A program made the position numbers and the translations under genes. A DNA stretch of 55,985 nt from positions 2,114 through 58,098 of the forward strand of contig CAYRZX010000003.1 in assembly GCA_964428665.1 (NCBI GenBank), written 5' to 3'. Position 1 is the stretch's first letter. Every line of letters starts with the position of its first letter. Positions 42,371 through 52,375 of the stretch are shown one piece after another. Source of the stretch: an uncultured Gemmatimonas sp. (lineage in GTDB: Bacteria; Latescibacterota; UBA2968; SICM01). The notes beneath the pieces were generated by a model. It did not search any database. It saw only the letters and a program-made list of their open reading frames with translations, and was not told the origin of the DNA.

Positions 42371-43615
42371 TCACCTCTCGACCTTCAGGTCCCTCTCGCT
42401 GAACATATGCCCCATCTTCTCCCGCTTGGTCCGCAGGTAGCGCACGTTCCACCGGTTGGGCCGGATCTTGATCGGCACCCGCTCGACGATCTCGATGCCG
42501 TAGGCCTCCAGCCCCACCCGCTTGGCCGGGTTGTTCGTCAGCAGGCGCACCCGGCGGATGCCCAGGTCGCTCAGGATCTGCGCCCCGATCCCATAGTCCC
42601 GCTCGTCCATCTTGAACCCGAGCTTGAGGTTGGCGTCCACCGTGTCGTAGCCCTCGTCCTGAAGCTGATAGGCCTTGATCTTGTTGGCCAGGCCGATGCC
42701 GCGCCCCTCCTGCCGCATGTAGACGACCGCCCCGCACCCCTCCTTGACGATCATCCGAAGGGCGGTGTCGAGCTGCTCCCCGCACTCACACCGCTGCGAC
42801 CCGAACACGTCTCCGGTCAGGCATTCCGAGTGCATGCGGACCAGGACGCCGTCCCGGCTCGACACATTCCCCCTGACGAGGGCGAGGTGATTCCGCTCGT
42901 CCACGTCGCTCTCGTAGAGGTGCAGCCGGAACTCCCCGTGGCGCGTGGGGAGGCGCACGGTGGACAGGCAGCGCACGAGCTTCTCAGACCGCCTCCGGTA
43001 GGCGATCAGGTCCTTGATCGTGATGAGCCTGAGGCCGAAGCGCCTGGCCAGTTTCATGAGGTCGGGCAGCCGGCTCATGGTCCCGTCCTCGTTCATGATC
43101 TCGCAGAGCACGCCCGCCGGAGACAGGCCCGCCAGGCGGGCCAGGTCCACCGCCGCCTCCGTGTGCCCGGCCCGCCGGAGCACCCCTCCGGGACGGGCCT
43201 GGAGCGGAAAGATGTGGCCGGGGCGGGCGAAGTCCTGCGGCTGCGCCTTCGGGCTCACGAACTTGCGGATCGTCGTGGCGCGGTCGTGCGCGGAGATGCC
43301 GGTCGTGGTCCCCTCCACGGCGTCGATGGTCACCGTGAACGGCGTGCCGTGCAGGGCCGTGTTCTCATTGACCATCAGGTCGAGCTTCAGTTCGCGCAGC
43401 CGCTCCGCCGTGGCCGGAAGGCAGACCATCCCCCGGCCGTAGCGGGCCATGAAGTTGATCGCTTTGGCCGTGGCCTTCTCCGCGGCCATGATGAGGTCGC
43501 CCTCGTTCTCCCGGTCCTCGTCATCCACGACAATGACCATCTTCCCCCGGCGGATGTCCCGGATCGCGTCCTCGATGGGGTCGAATCGAAAAGGCGTCTT
43601 TTTAGCAGACATCAA
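42371..43615 (-). CDS. ribBA: Bifunctional 3,4-dihydroxy-2-butanone-4-phosphate synthase / GTP cyclohydrolase II
   Basis: [12 protein letters not shown] (DHBPS) and [18 protein letters not shown] (GCHII zinc site). Confidence 0.95.
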   Translation of the reverse strand: MMSAKKTPFRFDPIEDAIRDIRRGKMVIVVDDEDRENEGDLIMAAEKATAKAINFMARYGRGMVCLPATAERLRELKLDLMVNENTALHGTPFTVTIDAVEGTTTGISAHDRATTIRKFVSPKAQPQDFARPGHIFPLQARPGGVLRRAGHTEAAVDLARLAGLSPAGVLCEIMNEDGTMSRLPDLMKLARRFGLRLITIKDLIAYRRRSEKLVRCLSTVRLPTRHGEFRLHLYESDVDERNHLALVRGNVSSRDGVLVRMHSECLTGDVFGSQRCECGEQLDTALRMIVKEGCGAVVYMRQEGRGIGLANKIKAYQLQDEGYDTVDANLKLGFKMDERDYGIGAQILSDLGIRRVRLLTNNPAKRVGLEAYGIEIVERVPIKIRPNRWNVRYLRTKREKMGHMFSERDLKVER

Positions 43616-44259
43616 CAGTATCCCAGGTCTTTTAGCCTTTGCTCACTCAGTCCTTCCTCTGCGCGGTCCCTGTGCGCCATCAGCCGCTCCACGTAGCGCG
43701 CCACCAGGTCCACCTCCACGTTCACGGGGTCCCCGGCGTGGCGCAGGGAGAGGGTCGTGGCCCTCAGCGTGTGCGGGATGATCGCGACCGTAAAGCGATG
43801 CCCGGCCACGCCCACGACTGTCAGGCTGATCCCGTCCACGGCCACGCTCCCCTTCTCCGCGATGTACTTTTCAAGCCCCTCCGGGAGCTCAAACTGGAAG
43901 ACCGACTCCGCCGGCCCGTCTGACCGGTCCGCCACGCGCCCCACTCCGTCCACGTGTCCGGCCACGAGGTGCCCGCCCAGCCGGTCGCCAACGCGCAGGG
44001 ACCGCTCTAAGTTCACCCGCTCCCCGGCCTTCAGACGGCCCAGCGTGGTGCGACGCAGCGTCTCCGCCACCGACTCAAACGCGAACCCCTCCCGGCCGCA
44101 GGCCACGACCGTCTGGCACGCCCCGTCGATGTTGACGCTGTCGCCGACCCGCAGGCTGTCCAGAAGACCCGCGCTCGCCGCCACGACCGTCCTCTGAAAA
44201 TCCCCGCGGCGCTCCGCCCTCACGACCGCGCCGATCTCTTCGATCAGACCCGTGAACAT
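43612..44259 (-). CDS. ribE: Riboflavin synthase
   Basis: [10 protein letters not shown]..., duplicated lumazine-binding repeats ([13 protein letters not shown] / [12 protein letters not shown]). Confidence 0.9.
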   Translation of the reverse strand: MFTGLIEEIGAVVRAERRGDFQRTVVAASAGLLDSLRVGDSVNIDGACQTVVACGREGFAFESVAETLRRTTLGRLKAGERVNLERSLRVGDRLGGHLVAGHVDGVGRVADRSDGPAESVFQFELPEGLEKYIAEKGSVAVDGISLTVVGVAGHRFTVAIIPHTLRATTLSLRHAGDPVNVEVDLVARYVERLMAHRDRAEEGLSEQRLKDLGYC

Positions 44260-44292
44260 AGCCCCTCTGCGGGAGCGACCGGCCTGTCGCCC

Positions 44293-45372
44293 CTACGGCG
44301 ATACGACCCTCGCCGTGTACAACAGATCGTCCCCCACGCGCTCGATCTCCACGTCCGTCAGCCGGAGGCCCTCCGCAACCTTCTCAACCCTCAGGTCCCC
44401 GACCGCGCCGAGCCCGGCCCCGATCACCCTCGGCGCGATGAAGACCTGCGCCTGGTCTACCAGGCCCGCCTTCAGCGCCGACGCCGCCACCGCCGCGCCC
44501 CCTTCCACCATCACACTCAGGAAGCCCTGACGCCCCAGTTCGGCCATCAGCGCCCGCAGGTCCACGCGCCCCTTCGCAGAGGGGAGACGCCAGACCTCCG
44601 CGCCCCGCTCCCGCAACTTGCGGGCACGCCCCTCGTCCGCGCCCTCCGTCGTGGCCACAATGGCCCGGCCCGGCCCGAAGATGCGCGCCGTCTCCGGGAC
44701 TCTCAGCGCGCTGTCCACGACGATCCGCGCCGGGTCGCGTCCAGCGACGCTCCGGACGGTCAGCAGCGGGTCGTCCGCGAGCACCGTCCCGACGCCGACC
44801 AGCACCGCGTCCACGCGGCTGCGCAGGAGGTGCGCCCGGCGGCGCGCGGCATCCCCCGTGATCCACCGGGAGTCGCCCGAGACGGTGGCGATGCGCCCGT
44901 CCAGCGACTGGGCCAGCTTCAGGATCACGAACGGCAGCCCCGTGGTCCGGTGCTTCACGTAGAAGACGTTCAGCCGCCGCGCCTCGGCCTCCAGGACCCC
45001 GACCGTCACCTCGACCCCGGCCCTCCGGAGCCGCTCGATGCCCCGGCCCGACACGCGGGGGTCCGGGTCGGCCATCGCGCAGACGACCCGGCAGACGCCC
45101 CGCGCCAGGACCAGGTCCGCGCAGGGGGGCGTGCGCCCGTGGTGCGAGCAGGGCTCCAGGGTCACGTAGAGCGTGGCTCCGGCCGCCCGGTCGCCCGCCT
45201 CGTCGAGCGCCCCCACCTCGGCGTGCGGCCCCCCGGCCCGTTCGTGAAACCCCTGCCCGATCACCGCGCGGTCCCGCACCATGACCGCGCCCACCATCGG
45301 GTTCGGGCTTGTGGTCCCCTCCCCCCGCCGGGCCAGGGCCAGGGCCAGGCGCATGTAGGTGTCGTCAGGCAT
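44293..45372 (-). CDS. ribD: Bifunctional riboflavin biosynthesis deaminase/reductase RibD
   Basis: HAEVGAL...TLEPCSHHGRTPPC deaminase zinc motif plus C-terminal reductase domain. ATG 45372 is preferred over the TTG at 45375. Confidence 0.9.
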   Translation of the reverse strand: MPDDTYMRLALALARRGEGTTSPNPMVGAVMVRDRAVIGQGFHERAGGPHAEVGALDEAGDRAAGATLYVTLEPCSHHGRTPPCADLVLARGVCRVVCAMADPDPRVSGRGIERLRRAGVEVTVGVLEAEARRLNVFYVKHRTTGLPFVILKLAQSLDGRIATVSGDSRWITGDAARRRAHLLRSRVDAVLVGVGTVLADDPLLTVRSVAGRDPARIVVDSALRVPETARIFGPGRAIVATTEGADEGRARKLRERGAEVWRLPSAKGRVDLRALMAELGRQGFLSVMVEGGAAVAASALKAGLVDQAQVFIAPRVIGAGLGAVGDLRVEKVAEGLRLTDVEIERVGDDLLYTARVVSP

Positions 45373-45378
45373 CAAGAA

Positions 45379-45463
45379 AACGATGAAGTAGGAACGATGA
45401 ACGATGAACTGAAAACCCGAACGCCTTTTGCTTTTCGTTCATCGTTCATCATTCATCGTTCTG
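45379..45463. repeat. Heptamer hairpin repeat (GAACGAT units / TTCATCG units)
   Basis: Fills the whole gap between the beta-propeller gene stop and the ribD start. Same word family as 28556-28697. Confidence 0.85.
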
Positions 45464-45466
45464 CAT

Positions 45467-47557
45467 TTATTTCGTCCCTGACCGGATCACGACCTTCCCC
45501 ACGCCCACGTTGTCCAGGGCGTCCGTCACCCGCACCAGCACGACGTGGCCCCCCTCCGAAAGCCCCGTGACCCTGAACGAAAAAGGCTCGGTTCGGGAGT
45601 CGAAGATGCCGTCCGACGGGAAGAAGGCGTTCCAGTCGCCGGAGTCCACCGCATACTCCCCCCGCTTGAGCGGGCTCGTCTCGTCCGACGCCTCCCCCTC
45701 GACGCGGAAGGCCCCGCCGCCGTCCGGAAGGGCCTTCAGAGAGGTCAGGCGGGGAGGCGTGTTGTCCACCTCGAACGGCTCGCTCACCCGCTCGGCCGTC
45801 AGCGCGAGCGGCTCCGGGTTGTCGGGCCGGTCCGACGCCACCACCCGGATCAGGGTCGTGCCGTCCGGCGTCGACTCGGTGTTCCAGGGGTAAGAGGTCG
45901 CCTTCAGGTCCTTCTCGATCAGCCGCCACCCCGTCTCATCGATCCCCCGGACGTAGAGCGCGTAGGACAGCTCGTCCCCGTTGGGGTCGCCGGCCGCCCA
46001 CTGGACGGTGGTGACGCCCTGCTTTGACGCCGGCCCCGGCTTGGGATTGCCCCCGCCTCCCCCCTGCGGGGCGCGCTGCGGGGGCGGCCCCCCCTCCGAG
46101 GGAGGCCGGCCCCGGCCCGGCGGAAGCAGGTCCAGCGAGGAGATCGTCGGCCTCAGGTTCTCCTGAAGCCCTGTGAGGGTGACCTCCCGCAGGACCGGCG
46201 CAACGCCCGGCGTTGTGGAACTCAGGCGGACGCGATACTGGAGGAACCGGGCCGGGGGGCTTGCGATGGGATTCCCCGACGAATCCCTGAGGTCCGCGGA
46301 CCACTCGCTCCACCCGTCGTCCGACTTCTCGGCGTTGCCCGACCGGGTCTGAACGCTCACAGCGGTCCCCGCCGGCGTCTCCGCCCTCCAGACGAGCTTC
46401 CCCCACCGCGCCCCTGAGCCGAAGTCGTAGCGCCGGGAGATGTAGGTCCCCTCTGTCCCGGCCCCTTTCCACATCCGGTAGACCTTCCCGGCGCCCCCCA
46501 TCCCCACGAAGACATCCCCCTCTCTCCCCGCGCAGACGGTTAGCGGCTGGGCCTCCTCGAACCGCGCCACGACCGCCGCTGCCCCGTCGTCCCCCACCCG
46601 GTAGAACAGCCCCTTGTCCCCCGTGGCCAGGAGGACCCGCCCGTCCCCGTCTATCAGCGCGGACAGCAGGAGCGGCTGGCCAGATTCCCACAGCTTGAGC
46701 ACGGCCCCGGACGGGGAGATGCGGTAGAGGCTGGACCGCTCCTCCGTCGAGGCCCCCTCCGGCCTGGGCCGCGGAGGCTCCTCCTTCCCCTCCTCCAGCC
46801 GGATCGCTCCGGACATGGCCCCGGCATAGAGCGTCCCGTCCTTTCCCACGGCCAGGCCGCGCACTTCGCGCTCCGGGGCGTCGTAGAGGACCTGCATCCG
46901 CCCCCCGCTGACCCGGTAGACCAGCCCGCTCCCCTCCGTCCCGGCGTAGAGGGCCCCGTCCTGTCCCGCGGCCAGCGAGACGATGTGCTCGTCCGAGGAC
47001 GCCCCCACCTCCGTTGCCTTCCCATCCGGCGAGATGCGGAGGACCTTTCCGCCCCCGCCCGTGGCGGCGTAGAGTTCCCCCTTCGGCGTGAGGGTTAGCG
47101 CCCAGACGTAGCGCGCCCCGGTGCTGCAGACCAGGGCGGGCGCCTTTCCCGGGGCGATCCGGTAGATCCGCCCGCCGGGCGAGGTCCCGGCGTAGACCGT
47201 CCCCTCCGCGTCCACGGTTAGGGCGTGGACGATCCTGGCGTCCGGCAGCGCGCCGGCCAGGTCCACCCTCCGATCCGGTCCGATCCGGAACACCTTCCCC
47301 TCGTTCCCGGTCCCGGCGTAGAGATTCCCCTGCGCGTCCCTCGCCAGCGCCCAGACGTGCAGGGCCTTCGTGTCCGCGTAGTCCTCCACGGCCTGCGAGA
47401 GGGTCACGCTTCCGTCGGCGGCAATGGCGACCCCCTTCGGATCCCCCTTCTCGAACTCCGCGAAGGTGTCGTCCCGCCAGACCGTGGGCGTCACGGCGGA
47501 AGCTGAACCACTCAACGCCAGTACCAGAGTCAATCCTGTGATCCAGATACGTTTCAC
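45467..47557 (-). CDS. Secreted beta-propeller repeat protein with C-terminal Ig-like domains (hypothetical)
   Basis: Signal peptide MKRIWITGLTLVLALSGSASA. Repeated ..G.LYAGT...G.VYR.. blades. Confidence 0.6.
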   Translation of the reverse strand: MKRIWITGLTLVLALSGSASAVTPTVWRDDTFAEFEKGDPKGVAIAADGSVTLSQAVEDYADTKALHVWALARDAQGNLYAGTGNEGKVFRIGPDRRVDLAGALPDARIVHALTVDAEGTVYAGTSPGGRIYRIAPGKAPALVCSTGARYVWALTLTPKGELYAATGGGGKVLRISPDGKATEVGASSDEHIVSLAAGQDGALYAGTEGSGLVYRVSGGRMQVLYDAPEREVRGLAVGKDGTLYAGAMSGAIRLEEGKEEPPRPRPEGASTEERSSLYRISPSGAVLKLWESGQPLLLSALIDGDGRVLLATGDKGLFYRVGDDGAAAVVARFEEAQPLTVCAGREGDVFVGMGGAGKVYRMWKGAGTEGTYISRRYDFGSGARWGKLVWRAETPAGTAVSVQTRSGNAEKSDDGWSEWSADLRDSSGNPIASPPARFLQYRVRLSSTTPGVAPVLREVTLTGLQENLRPTISSLDLLPPGRGRPPSEGGPPPQRAPQGGGGGNPKPGPASKQGVTTVQWAAGDPNGDELSYALYVRGIDETGWRLIEKDLKATSYPWNTESTPDGTTLIRVVASDRPDNPEPLALTAERVSEPFEVDNTPPRLTSLKALPDGGGAFRVEGEASDETSPLKRGEYAVDSGDWNAFFPSDGIFDSRTEPFSFRVTGLSEGGHVVLVRVTDALDNVGVGKVVIRSGTK

Positions 47558-47586
47558 AATCGCACTCTGCTTTCTAAGGTTTTCAC

Positions 47587-48189
47587 CTACCAGATCTCCC
47601 GCACGTCAAAAACGAAGCCGGGCAGGACGGGATCGCCGCTGAGCGCCGCCGGACTTTCCAGACATTCCACAGGTTGTCCGGGGCGGTAGAGATAGACGCG
47701 CCGGTCGACGGGGTCGATCAGCCACCCCAGCCGGGCGCCGTTTTCGAGGTACTCCGACATCTTATCCTGCAAGGCGGACAGGCTGTCCCGGGGCGAGCGA
47801 AGCTCCACGACGAAGTCGGGACAGAGCGGGGCGAACCCCTCCTGCTGCTCCTCGCTCAACGCCTCCCAGCGCTCCCGCCGTATCCACGCCGCATCCGGGG
47901 CGCGCTTTGTCCCACCAGGCAGGGTGAAGCCGGTCGAGGAGTCGAAGGAGAGCCCGGTTCCGTCGCGCTCCGCCCAATTCGCCAGGCGCTGATTCAGCCT
48001 GCTGTTGCGCCAGCCGGTCTTTGAACCTGTCGGGGCCGTGATCACCAGCTCCCTCCGCGCGGTCAGTTCCAGCCGAAGGTCCGGGTTGTCCTGACACAGC
48101 CGGTAAAACTGCTCGTCCGTCAGCCCGGCGGATTGGACGCTGAGCGTGAGCAGATGCGACGTCTGTTCAGAGGTCACCGCTTCAACCAT
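47587..48189 (-). CDS. Uma2 family endonuclease (DUF820)
   Basis: ELTARRELVITAPTGSKTG...PDAAWI...PDFVVELRSP (PD-(D/E)xK pattern). Confidence 0.75.
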   Translation of the reverse strand: MVEAVTSEQTSHLLTLSVQSAGLTDEQFYRLCQDNPDLRLELTARRELVITAPTGSKTGWRNSRLNQRLANWAERDGTGLSFDSSTGFTLPGGTKRAPDAAWIRRERWEALSEEQQEGFAPLCPDFVVELRSPRDSLSALQDKMSEYLENGARLGWLIDPVDRRVYLYRPGQPVECLESPAALSGDPVLPGFVFDVREIW

Positions 48190-49258
48190 GACCTTCTCCT
48201 CGCGATGATTTCAACAGGCGCATGTACTCCCGCGCCACCTTCAGGTCCTCCAGCGCCTCCTCGCTGCCACAGGGAGGCGGGGCCTCGCCCCGGATCGCTC
48301 GCACGAAGCTCATCGCCTGCTGGCGCATGGCGTGCACCCAGGGGAGGTGCGGCCGGGTCGTCTCCGGCGCGGCCCCGTTCCCCGGATCGCGCAGGACCTC
48401 CACCTTCCCCGGACGGTTGGACGCCAGCGGCGCGGGCAGGTCCAGCCGCACGTAGCCCCGCTCGAACGCGATCAGCGCCGACTCCTGCCAGTCCACGGTC
48501 GTCCGGTAGGGGCTCATCTCAAGGACACACGGGACGCCGCTCTGGCTCTGCCCGGCCAGCACCACCCCCTTCGGGTCCGCGTAGGTCACCGAGTAGGGCT
48601 CGCCCAGCAGATGGCGCATCAGGTTGACCTGGTGGATGTAGTAGTTCACGAAGCTGACGTAGTCCCTGTGCGTGGCCTCGTCCGTGTCCGTCGGAGGTGG
48701 GTCGTAGTTTAGCTGGGGCTTCGGGTCGTCCTCCCGGATCAGGTCCGTGAACCCGCCCGCGATCCAGTCCCCCGCCGGCATCGTGATGCGGACGTAGGTC
48801 AGCCTCCCGACCTCCCCTGACGCCTTCAGCCGCTCGACCTCCGCCCTGGCCCAGGCCGTCGCCGGGTCGCTCCGTTTGTGGTAGCCCACCATGTGCCAGG
48901 TCCTCCCCTCCCGCGCGGCCCGCACGATCCGCTCCCCGGCCTCCACCGAGGCGGCCAGGGGCTTCTCGCTGAAGACCGGAATGCCCGCCCGCAGGAGTTC
49001 GGGGAGGATCACGCCGTGCCGGGTGAATGGCTGCGAGGCCACGATTCCGTCCAGCCGCTCGTCCGTCAGCATCTCCTCGTGCGTGCGGTAGACCTTCGGG
49101 ACGCCGTAGCGCTCCGCCACGCGGCGGGCGGTCTTCTCGCGCAGCTCCGCGAGGGCCACCACCTCGCACCCCGGAAGCGTGACGTAGTTGCGCAGGTGCG
49201 CGCACTGCCCCATGCTCCCGACCCCGACAAACCCGATGCGGACACGCTGGTCAGACAT
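48182..49258 (-). CDS. Gfo/Idh/MocA family oxidoreductase
   Basis: RIGFVGVGSMGQCAHL Rossmann N-terminus and the EKPLA motif. ATG 49258. Confidence 0.85.
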   Translation of the reverse strand: MSDQRVRIGFVGVGSMGQCAHLRNYVTLPGCEVVALAELREKTARRVAERYGVPKVYRTHEEMLTDERLDGIVASQPFTRHGVILPELLRAGIPVFSEKPLAASVEAGERIVRAAREGRTWHMVGYHKRSDPATAWARAEVERLKASGEVGRLTYVRITMPAGDWIAGGFTDLIREDDPKPQLNYDPPPTDTDEATHRDYVSFVNYYIHQVNLMRHLLGEPYSVTYADPKGVVLAGQSQSGVPCVLEMSPYRTTVDWQESALIAFERGYVRLDLPAPLASNRPGKVEVLRDPGNGAAPETTRPHLPWVHAMRQQAMSFVRAIRGEAPPPCGSEEALEDLKVAREYMRLLKSSRGEGHG

Positions 49259-49273
49259 TGAAACGTATCCTTT

Positions 49274-49309
49274 GGACGCGATCAATCGGGACGCGATCAA
49301 TCGCGTCCC
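49274..49309. repeat. Direct 14-mer GGACGCGATCAATC x2 ending in hairpin GGGACGCGA-TCAA-TCGCGTCCC
   Basis: Between the S55 peptidase stop and the oxidoreductase start. Confidence 0.75.
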
Positions 49310-49318
49310 TACTACGGT

Positions 49319-51079
49319 TCATTCTCGTTCCACGGTCACCGTCGTCTGTTGCCCTCCGGCCAGGATGAACGCCGTGCGGATGCGGATGCGCGCCAGCACC
49401 GTCCCCTCCACCCGGTCCACGCCCCCGGTCTGCCGGGACATCCGCAGGATGGACAGCACGGAGGATGGGGGCGAGGGCAGCTCCTCTCCTGCCACGGTCA
49501 CGCCGCGCTCCTGAGAGACCACCTCCACGATCAGGTCGTCGTTCCGCTCCGCCTGGGAGATCAACTCCAGGAGGTGGGCAAAGTCTTTGGGGGCGTAGCG
49601 GCCCGGCGCGCGCTTGACCTCGATCTTCTCCAGGGCCTGCGCGCCCCCGGCCCGCACCACGAGCGGCCCGGCGGGGACGTAGGGGGGGAGGGCCACCCGG
49701 CCGGAGACCACCTGCTCCCCCCCGTGGAACGGCCTGATCGTCACCTCGAACGGGACCGCCTCGCCCGGCTGGAACCGGCCCCTGGGGAGCCTCAGCCCCT
49801 CCACCGAGGCCGTGTGCAGGCTCTCGTCCACGGCCACCTCGAATTGCACCTCCTTCACCGGCGCGGCCAGGAACGGGTTGTCCATCAGCGCGTCCAGCGG
49901 CTTCACCAGGTCCAGCACCGTCAGGCCCAGGGCCTGCGCCCCGGAGTAGGCGTTCTCCAAGTGGATGTCGGGATACCCCTCCATCCGGATGACCGACCGG
50001 GTGCGCGTGGTGACATCCCCGCTCTGCTTCTCGGCGGAGATCAGCGCGCTCAGCAGCGTGCCACGGGCCAGGATGGGCGTCAGGTCCGGGTGCCGGATCA
50101 TCTCGAAGCGATAGGCCTGCGTCCGGGCGTCGGATCGAACCGTCACCTCCACGGGGACCACGCTAGCGGCGCGTCCCACGACCCCCACGATGCCGGCGGC
50201 CCGGTCCTCCACGACGGCCCCCTGCTCCGCGGACGCCGCGCCCAGCTTGAACGAGATGAGCTGGCTGGGGATAATGCCGTAGATATGCGCAGAGGTCATC
50301 GGAAAGCTGCTCCGCCCGCCGTAGAGCATCGGATGGCCGAACGCCACCACCCGGCCCCTGTCCCGATACGTCAGCGTGCCGATGCCGGTCAGGCTCAGGT
50401 CCCCCCGGACAAGCTGCACGCCCAGGGCCGCCCCCGGCTCCAGGGGACCTGCGGCGAGCGTCGTGTCTGTTCCGCCTCCCCCCTGCACCGGCAGAAACCC
50501 GTAGGGCGCGAGATCGGCCCGCATCTGCTCCACGGCCCGGGGGGCAAACCCGCTGGCCGACAGGGGCACGGCCACCGGGCGCACCCCCTCCTGCCCGTGG
50601 TCCATCGGGAGATCCCTGGAGGACTCCCCCGCAGGACTGTTCAGACGTCCCCTGTCTGAAGGCAACGGAGAGGACCCAGGGGCCCGGTTCAGGGTCGCCA
50701 GCATGTCCGAGATCGGCGTGATCCCGCAGATCGGCTCCTTCGAGAACCCCCAGGCGTAGGCCACGGCCCCGATCAGTTTGCCGTCGATGTAGACCGGACT
50801 CCCGCTCATCCCCGCGATCACCCCCGTCTTCTCCAGAGGGCCCCCCGACAGCCGGGCGAGGATCACGTCCTCCCTGGGGCCGAATACGTTCCGCATCACA
50901 TCCACGATTTCCACGCCGAACGTGTCGATCTTTGTCCCCCGGAACACCGTCTTTCCGAACCCCGCCATGCCCGGACGGATCTGGTCCACACTTAGCGTCG
51001 GGACCTCCCCGGCCGCGCCGGAGGAGAGCAGGGCTATCCAAATAAGACACAAACACGAAACAGACAGGCGTTTTCGCAT
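49319..51079 (-). CDS. SpoIVB-type peptidase S55 domain protein (secreted)
   Basis: Signal peptide. GKTVFRGTKIDTFGVEIV...GMSGSPVYIDGKLIGAVAYAW matches the S55 serine-protease core. Confidence 0.7.
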   Translation of the reverse strand: MRKRLSVSCLCLIWIALLSSGAAGEVPTLSVDQIRPGMAGFGKTVFRGTKIDTFGVEIVDVMRNVFGPREDVILARLSGGPLEKTGVIAGMSGSPVYIDGKLIGAVAYAWGFSKEPICGITPISDMLATLNRAPGSSPLPSDRGRLNSPAGESSRDLPMDHGQEGVRPVAVPLSASGFAPRAVEQMRADLAPYGFLPVQGGGGTDTTLAAGPLEPGAALGVQLVRGDLSLTGIGTLTYRDRGRVVAFGHPMLYGGRSSFPMTSAHIYGIIPSQLISFKLGAASAEQGAVVEDRAAGIVGVVGRAASVVPVEVTVRSDARTQAYRFEMIRHPDLTPILARGTLLSALISAEKQSGDVTTRTRSVIRMEGYPDIHLENAYSGAQALGLTVLDLVKPLDALMDNPFLAAPVKEVQFEVAVDESLHTASVEGLRLPRGRFQPGEAVPFEVTIRPFHGGEQVVSGRVALPPYVPAGPLVVRAGGAQALEKIEVKRAPGRYAPKDFAHLLELISQAERNDDLIVEVVSQERGVTVAGEELPSPPSSVLSILRMSRQTGGVDRVEGTVLARIRIRTAFILAGGQQTTVTVERE

Positions 51080-51136
51080 AAAATCTCCGGATGAAGCGAG
51101 GACCTTGCCGCAAACTCAGTGGGGCCGTAATGAGGT

Positions 51137-51165
51137 AATATACCAAAAGAATTGTCGAATATCAA
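51137..51165 (-). promoter_or_regulatory. sigma70-type promoter TTGATA-17-TATATT
   Basis: Near-consensus hexamers on the minus strand, about 60 nt upstream of the S55 peptidase ATG. Confidence 0.6.
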
Positions 51166-51291
51166 ATCCCATGCAACTCCCCCCCTGCGCTCGCGAACAT
51201 GAGGCTTGAATTTCGGCGGAAATTTGTTATCTTAAGAACTCGCCAGATCTGGATAACATTCAGAATATACTCTTTTTTCGGAGGTTGCGCG

Positions 51292-52329
51292 ATGGCCTTC
51301 GTCGAGACCATGAAGCCCCGCGAGCGCGTCCTGGCGGCGCTCAACCGGCAGCCCGTGGACCGCACGCCCTGCTCCAACCCGACCTCGGTGGCCACGGTGG
51401 AGCTGATGGACCTGGTGGACGCCCCGTTCCCGGACGCCAACCGGGACCCGGAGAAGATGGCCCGGCTGGCCGCCACGGGCTACACGGAGCTCGGCTTCGA
51501 CAGCATCATGCCCGTGTTCACGATCATCCAGGAGTCCTCGGCCCTCGGCTGCGACATCCAGTGGGAGGAGAAGGACAACTGGCCCACGGTGCGGATGAAC
51601 CGGCCCATCTGGAAGGAGCCCGAGGACATCCGGATCCCGAAGGACCTCCTGACGCACAACGACACGAAGTGCGTCCTGGAGGCCATCCGCATCCTCAAGC
51701 GGGACTACGGCGACGAGGTCGCCATCATCGGCAAGACCATGGGCCCCTGGTCCCTCGGCTACCACTGCTTCGGCGTGGAGAACTTCCTGCTGATGTCCTA
51801 CGACGACTCCGACAAGACCAGGCGCTGTCTCGACCTCATGAAGGAGGCCACGGTGATCTTCGGCAACGCCCAGGTCGAGGCCGGCGCCGACGCCCTGACC
51901 CTCCCCGACCACGCCACCGGAGACCTGGTCAGCGGGGAATATTACAAGGAGTACCTGCAGGACCTCCATGTGGAGTTCGCCGACCGGATCAGGTGTCCGC
52001 TCATCCTCCACATCTGCGGGAACACCCTGGACCGGATGGGCTACATCGCGCAGACCGGCATGCACTGCTTCCACTTCGACTCCAAGAACGACCCGCAGGA
52101 GGCCCGCAGGGTCGTGGAGGGCAAGATCTCCCTCGTGGGGAATGTGAACAACCCCTCGACCCTCTACGCGCGCGCGCCCGAGGAGGTGCGGAAGGAGGTC
52201 TATCGCTGCCTCGACGCGGGCGTGGAGCTGGTCGCCCCGGAGTGCGCCATCCCCCTCCGCACGCGCTTAGAGAACCTGACGGAGATCCCGAAGGCGGTCA
52301 AGGACTGGCATCAGGAGCACGCGAGCTAA
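51292..52329 (+). CDS. MtaA/MtbA/CmuA-type methylcobamide:thiol methyltransferase (uroporphyrinogen decarboxylase fold)
   Basis: VATVELMDLVDAPFPDANRDPEKMARLA, ILHICGN, VAPECAIPLRTRLEN closely parallel methanogen MtaA, including the His/Cys/Cys zinc positions. GGAGG RBS. Confidence 0.85.
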   Translation: MAFVETMKPRERVLAALNRQPVDRTPCSNPTSVATVELMDLVDAPFPDANRDPEKMARLAATGYTELGFDSIMPVFTIIQESSALGCDIQWEEKDNWPTVRMNRPIWKEPEDIRIPKDLLTHNDTKCVLEAIRILKRDYGDEVAIIGKTMGPWSLGYHCFGVENFLLMSYDDSDKTRRCLDLMKEATVIFGNAQVEAGADALTLPDHATGDLVSGEYYKEYLQDLHVEFADRIRCPLILHICGNTLDRMGYIAQTGMHCFHFDSKNDPQEARRVVEGKISLVGNVNNPSTLYARAPEEVRKEVYRCLDAGVELVAPECAIPLRTRLENLTEIPKAVKDWHQEHAS

Positions 52330-52342
52330 CCTATCCCCCCAT

Positions 52343-52366
52343 CCCCCTTTCCTAAAGGAAAGGGGG
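52343..52366. repeat. C-arm/G-arm hairpin CCCCCTTTCC-TAAA-GGAAAGGGGG
   Basis: Perfect 10-bp stem between the first two genes of the corrinoid cluster. Confidence 0.8.
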
Positions 52367-52375
52367 AGCAGCCTT

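Noticed and set aside
51080-51291. Cobalamin riboswitch upstream of the corrinoid methyltransferase cluster
   Set aside because: There is no B12-box-like core. The interval is explained by two divergent AT-rich promoters.
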